NCBI GenBank assembly: GCA_963716745.1
Contig: OY970320.1
Coordinates: forward strand, 3,104,001 to 3,168,000
Length of the DNA: 64,000 bases
Direction of reading: 5' to 3'
Origin: an uncultured Gemmatimonadaceae bacterium
Lineage (GTDB): Bacteria; Gemmatimonadota; Gemmatimonadetes; Gemmatimonadales; Gemmatimonadaceae
Position 1 is the stretch's first letter. Each line of letters opens with the position of its first letter. Below are positions 59,818 to 64,000 of this stretch, one piece after another. Under the pieces are notes generated by a model that saw only the letters and a program-made list of their open reading frames with translations, did not search any database and had not been told where the DNA came from. The position numbers were made by a program, and so were the translations under genes.

Positions 59818-62265
59818 TTACTCAGCCCGGATCGCTTCCAGCGGATCGATACGCATTGCGCGAGCGGCAGGCGCGGCAGTGGCGACGAGTCCAACGGCGA
59901 GCAGTCCCGCCGCGACTGCCACGAGCGTGACAGGATCATCCGGTCCGATGCCGAATAGCACGCTCGCCAAGAGCCGATTCGCGGCGAGGGCGAGACCGGC
60001 GCCGAGCGCGAGGCCGGCGCTCACCGGCACGAGGCTCTGCCGCACGACGAGTCCCGCCACCGCGCCATTCGGCGCCCCCAATGCCCGGCGGATCCCGATC
60101 TCGGGGGCGCGCCGCGCCACGTTATACGATGCCGCGCCGAAGATGCCGATCGCCGAGAGCGCGATCGCGAGGAGCCCGAATGCACCGAGTATGATGGCCC
60201 GGTCCCGCTCCGGTGCGACGGAATCAATGCGCACTTGGCCGAATGATCGGATCCGGAAAACCGGAGCGGTGTTGTCCAGTCCGTGTACGGATGCACGGAT
60301 CGTCGCCGCTATGCTCGTCTCGCTGGCGGAACCTCTCACGACAATGCTGAGGTATTCCGACGGCTGCTGTGCGAAGGGATAGTAGACCTGTGGCACCGGC
60401 CTACTCCTGAGCGAGAACGAGTGGATCGTGTGAACGACCCCGACGATCGTTCGCGGATCGCCCCCGACGGACACCGTCTCGCCGAGCGGATTCGCCCCGG
60501 CCCAGTAGCGCTTCGCCATCTCGTCGCTGATGATCGCGACGGAGGGTGCGCCCATCCCATCCCGCTCATCGAAGTCGCGTCCGCGAACGAGCGCGAGTCC
60601 CATGGTTCGAAAGTAGCCTGGCGAGATCGGCTCGAGATCGGCGAAAAGATCCTGCAGTTCCGCCGCCGGAACGGTCGAGCCGCTGATCTGTGCTTGGATC
60701 ATGAGTGACGCTTGACCACCCAACGGGAGATTGCTCACCAATCCCGCCGAAGTGACTCCCGGCGTCCGTCGGATCCTGGCAAGGATGTCGTTCGCGAATG
60801 CCGCGCGCAGCGCCACCGTCGGATACTTCACGGGCGACATGCTGATCTCGGCTGTGACAACGCTCGCGGGCAGCACGCGATCTTGATCGAGCATTCTTGA
60901 AAGGCTCTGGATCACGAGCACGGCGCCGGTCAAAAGGACGAAGCAGAGCGCGACCTGCGCCGTGAGAACGACTTGACGCGTCCTGAGCCCCATTCGAGAA
61001 AGCCCAGCCCGAGCGGCGCCTGGAATACCCTGCGCCTGGCGGCGCAAGATCCCGGCCGCGATCGCTCCCGCAACGAGGCCGGAGAACAGCGAGATCCCCA
61101 GTGTAATGGCATACGCCCGCACGCCGAGTTGTACGTCGCCGAGATCTGAATGTTCAACGACCCCCGAGGCGACCAGGCTGCGCGCGCAAATGAGAGCGAT
61201 CACGAGCCCGGCCAGCCCCCCGAACAGCGACAAGACGAGCGGCTCCGCCATCAGCTGCGCTCTGAATCCGGGCCGGCGTGCCGCCGAGTGCGATGCGAAC
61301 TCTCATCTCGTCCAGGCGCGAACTCGCGCGCGCGAGGAGGAGGCTCGTCACGTTCGCCGTCGCGATCAGCAGAAGGAGACCGGCCATGGTCGCCAACAGG
61401 CGCAAGCTGTCCAACCGATCGTGAGAGAGACTGGAGCGAAGAAGGGTCACCAGCACTCGGGCATCGTACCTCGGCTTGGGGTTCATCAGCCCCGCAATTT
61501 GTGCGGCGAGGAGGTCGACCCGGCGCTGCGCTTGCTGCGATTGAACTCCGGGCCGCAGGCGCGCAACGATCGTCTCGAGGAGCGCGATCTTCAGGAAGCT
61601 TACCTGTGACGGGTCGAACGGCACCGACAGCGGGATCCAGGCCTCCGTCTCGCCGGGAAAGCGGAAGTCCCGGCGGCATGATGCCGACGACCGTGAACGA
61701 TCCGCCGCTCAGCTGGATCACGCTGCCGATAGTGCTCGTTGCGCCTCCGAAATCGCGCCGCCACAGCCCGTCACTGATCACGACGACGTTTCCGTGAATG
61801 CGGCACACGGTCTTCCGGCAGGAACGCGCGGCCGGCGGCGGGTGCGACCCCGAGCACCGAAAAGAAGCCTGGCGTCGCCAGAGTGATCTTGATCCGCTCG
61901 GCACCATCCGCAGACTGGAGATTGGCTGCGCCGGGGGCATATGAGGCGACGCTCTCGAACACATCGCTCTGCGCTTCCCAATCGAGGAGATCGGGAACTG
62001 ATCGCGAGGCGCGATCAGGGTCGCCCGAGCCGTTCGCATTCTCGAGCACCACGATCCGATCCGGTTGGCTCAGAGGCCCCGATTGAAAGAGGACCGTATC
62101 GGCAACGAGAAAGACTGCGACATTCGCGCCGATCCCGAGCGCGAGCGTGGCGATCGTCGCCAGCGCGAAGCCGGGCTGTCGCGCTAGGCGACGGGCGGAG
62201 TCATAGAGGTCGGAGACGAGTCCGCCCGGCAACTGCGGCCATGTCCAAGAAAACTTCCAGCTCAA
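59818..62265 (-). pseudogene. Duplicated ABC permease (ADOP family) broken into at least four frames
   Basis: RRLARQPGF/LGIGAN, TVVGIMP, LLIATANV and EIGIRRALGA segments lie in different frames (shifts near 61790, 61620, 61260); decay or sequencing error. Confidence 0.75.
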
Positions 62266-62912
62266 AGAAGCTCCCTACGGTGCGGACGCACGGATCGACG
62301 GGCGCGAGGTGCTGAGGTCTCTTCCACACGGATCGCCGCGGTCGCTAGTGGTCGCGAATCGAGAGGCCGGTCGCGGTGGAGGCGATCTCCACTCGGGCGC
62401 CGTCGGCCCAAAGGCGCGTCTGCTCGCGCCACGGCAGTGACGTCCAACTTTCCATCACCGAGCGCGCGGAAGTCGGCTGTCTTTATCCCGGGGCCGAGGA
62501 CTACGTTTGCGGGGGTCGATGCCTCGAGCCGTGCGTCGGTGGCCCATCCGCGCATTTCGCGGGGCGACCAGCCGCGCCTCACCGCCGGTGACATCGAGCG
62601 TAAAGCGGACGGGCGTGGCTGGGGTCGGTGGATTTGACGCGGACGGTCACTTGTTCGCCGATCGGCCGCGGCACTGGAGTGAAGCAACCGATCAAGAGGG
62701 TGCCGAGCAATACGCCGATGATGTGCGCGAATCTCTGAGGCACGGCTCACCTCCCGGTCGAGATGTCGATGGCGACGCCATAAGATTATGCAGTGCTCGC
62801 TCCGTCGTCGCAATGAACACATTCGAGAATGTCCGGTTCTTTGGGCCAAATTTGGATGCGGACTGTCGTTGGCGGAGGCTCGCTATTCCCCGCTTCCTTG
62901 ATGGGTCAATCA

Positions 62913-63357
62913 ATGTCGACTGCTCGCCATTTCCTGATCGCTTTTGCTCTGCTCGTGCCAGTTGCCGCTCTGCGGCCAGTGTCAGTGCGGAACCTCGCGA
63001 CATCGAACCTCCTGTGCAGCCGCGACCAATTCAACCGACGGCGTGGGGTACCATATTAAGGAGATTGTTTCAAGCACTGACACGGCAACGGCGCGCTACC
63101 GCGCACTCCTCGGCCTCCCGCAGATGGCGAAGACTGCGGTAACCGTTGACGTCGCGAGCTCGGATTGCGGCCGGCTCTTGACCGCGTATCAAGCCGCAGG
63201 CGGATACCCTGCCGCGCATGGGCAGCTTTTCGTGTGGCGGCTCGCGAATGGGATTTACTACGCCGCGTACGATCCATACGGCGTTCCCGGCACCAGAGCG
63301 GTGCTCTTCTTTCGAGCGGATTGGACCTTCCTCAGCATGATGCCGACCGACTACTGA
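62913..63357 (+). CDS. Small secreted hypothetical protein; apparent frameshift near 63025
   Basis: Signal peptide MSTARHFLIAFALLVPVAA in one frame; ARYRALLGLP...CGRLLTAY...FRADWTFL in the next. Confidence 0.45.
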
Positions 63358-63418
63358 GTATCGCGGGCATCCATACCTAAGTCGCCGCGGTCCCAGGGCG
63401 AAATCGATGGCCACCCAA

Positions 63419-63445
63419 GAAAAAGCCCGCACTTTCGCGCGGGCT
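63419..63445 (-). terminator. Intrinsic terminator downstream of tRNA-Ser (part of att-like site A)
   Basis: Minus strand AGCCCGCGCGAAAGTGCGGGCT followed by a T run. Confidence 0.7.
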
Positions 63446-63457
63446 CAGACTTCCTGA

Positions 63458-63548
63458 CGGAGCGGGAGGGATTCGAACCCTCGATAGAGGTTTAAGCCCC
63501 TATGCCGGTTTAGCAAACCGGTGCCTTCAGCCTCTCGGCCACCGCTCC
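63458..63548 (-). tRNA. tRNA-Ser(GCT)
   Basis: GGAGCGG/CCGCTCC acceptor stem, CCGGT-TTGCTAA-ACCGG anticodon arm, long variable arm, GGTTCGAATCC T-loop; followed by TCA rather than CCA. Confidence 0.96.
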
Positions 63549-63644
63549 TATGTGCCAGACGCTATACGCGCCTTTTTTTGTAGTTGCATGGCGTTGCCGA
63601 GCGGCGAAGTCTAGCCGCCCGACACCACTTGGGCAACGACTTAA

Positions 63645-64000
63645 CTACTTCCTCACGCACACCGTCAGCGTATGCGCCAGCCCGATATGGTCGGTCTCGC
63701 TGCTCGATCCGTAGCCCCGCGCGCTCGATACAATCGTGCATCACCTTCGAATGGTACAGCTGACTATTCCCATTGGCGATGCACGTGAAGTACAGCGAGA
63801 TCTGCTGCAGGCAGAACGCGGCGTTCTCGAAGAGCTGGCGGTCCCAGTACGTCTCGAGGATCAGCAGTTTCGCCTCTGCTGACATCGCATTCACTGTCTT
63901 CCGCAGGATGGAGACGATCTCATCCTCGGAGAAACAGTCGAGGAACTGGCTCATCCAGATCACGTCGTGGCCGGAGGGCAGGGCGCTGCTCTCCAAGAGT
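63645..64000 (-). CDS. SAM-dependent O-methyltransferase, C-terminal part (probable indel near 63700)
   Basis: DVIWMSQFLDCFSEDEI, ILETYWDRQ and SLYFTCIANGNS motifs. Confidence 0.75.

Noticed and set aside
63458..63548. tRNA-Sec serving the formate dehydrogenase
   Set aside because: The anticodon is GCT and the acceptor stem is 7 bp, so this is tRNA-Ser.

Overview
High-GC bacterial chromosome segment, probably Gemmatimonadota (inferred from the pilin style, several duplicated orphan ABC permeases and the DinG-FAH-aminotransferase-gltX neighbourhood). Many apparent single-base frameshifts suggest an unpolished long-read assembly. Left to right: core genes (DinG helicase, FAH hydrolase, class I/II aminotransferase, gltX); an NAD-linked formate dehydrogenase operon whose catalytic subunit has an in-frame TGA (selenocysteine) followed by an fdhF-type SECIS, and whose N-terminal Fe-S module is encoded by a separate downstream gene; a long accessory region (transporters, MacAB-type ABC system, TonB receptor plus phosphatase, two-component system, cytochromes c, pilin, ArsR/SRPBCC/VOC genes); a DUF3604-PPIase-HupE/UreJ cluster; and tRNA-Ser(GCT). 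The most notable non-coding structures are: (1) 11 dispersed intergenic copies of a ~120-bp hairpin with fixed purine-rich internal loops and copy-specific but always complementary stems, eight of them in four inverted doublets; (2) two copies of a 116-bp palindrome; (3) three related att-like sites sharing the tRNA-Ser 3' core that delimit two tandem integrase-less cargo segments; (4) a candidate attenuator leader upstream of an SRPBCC gene.
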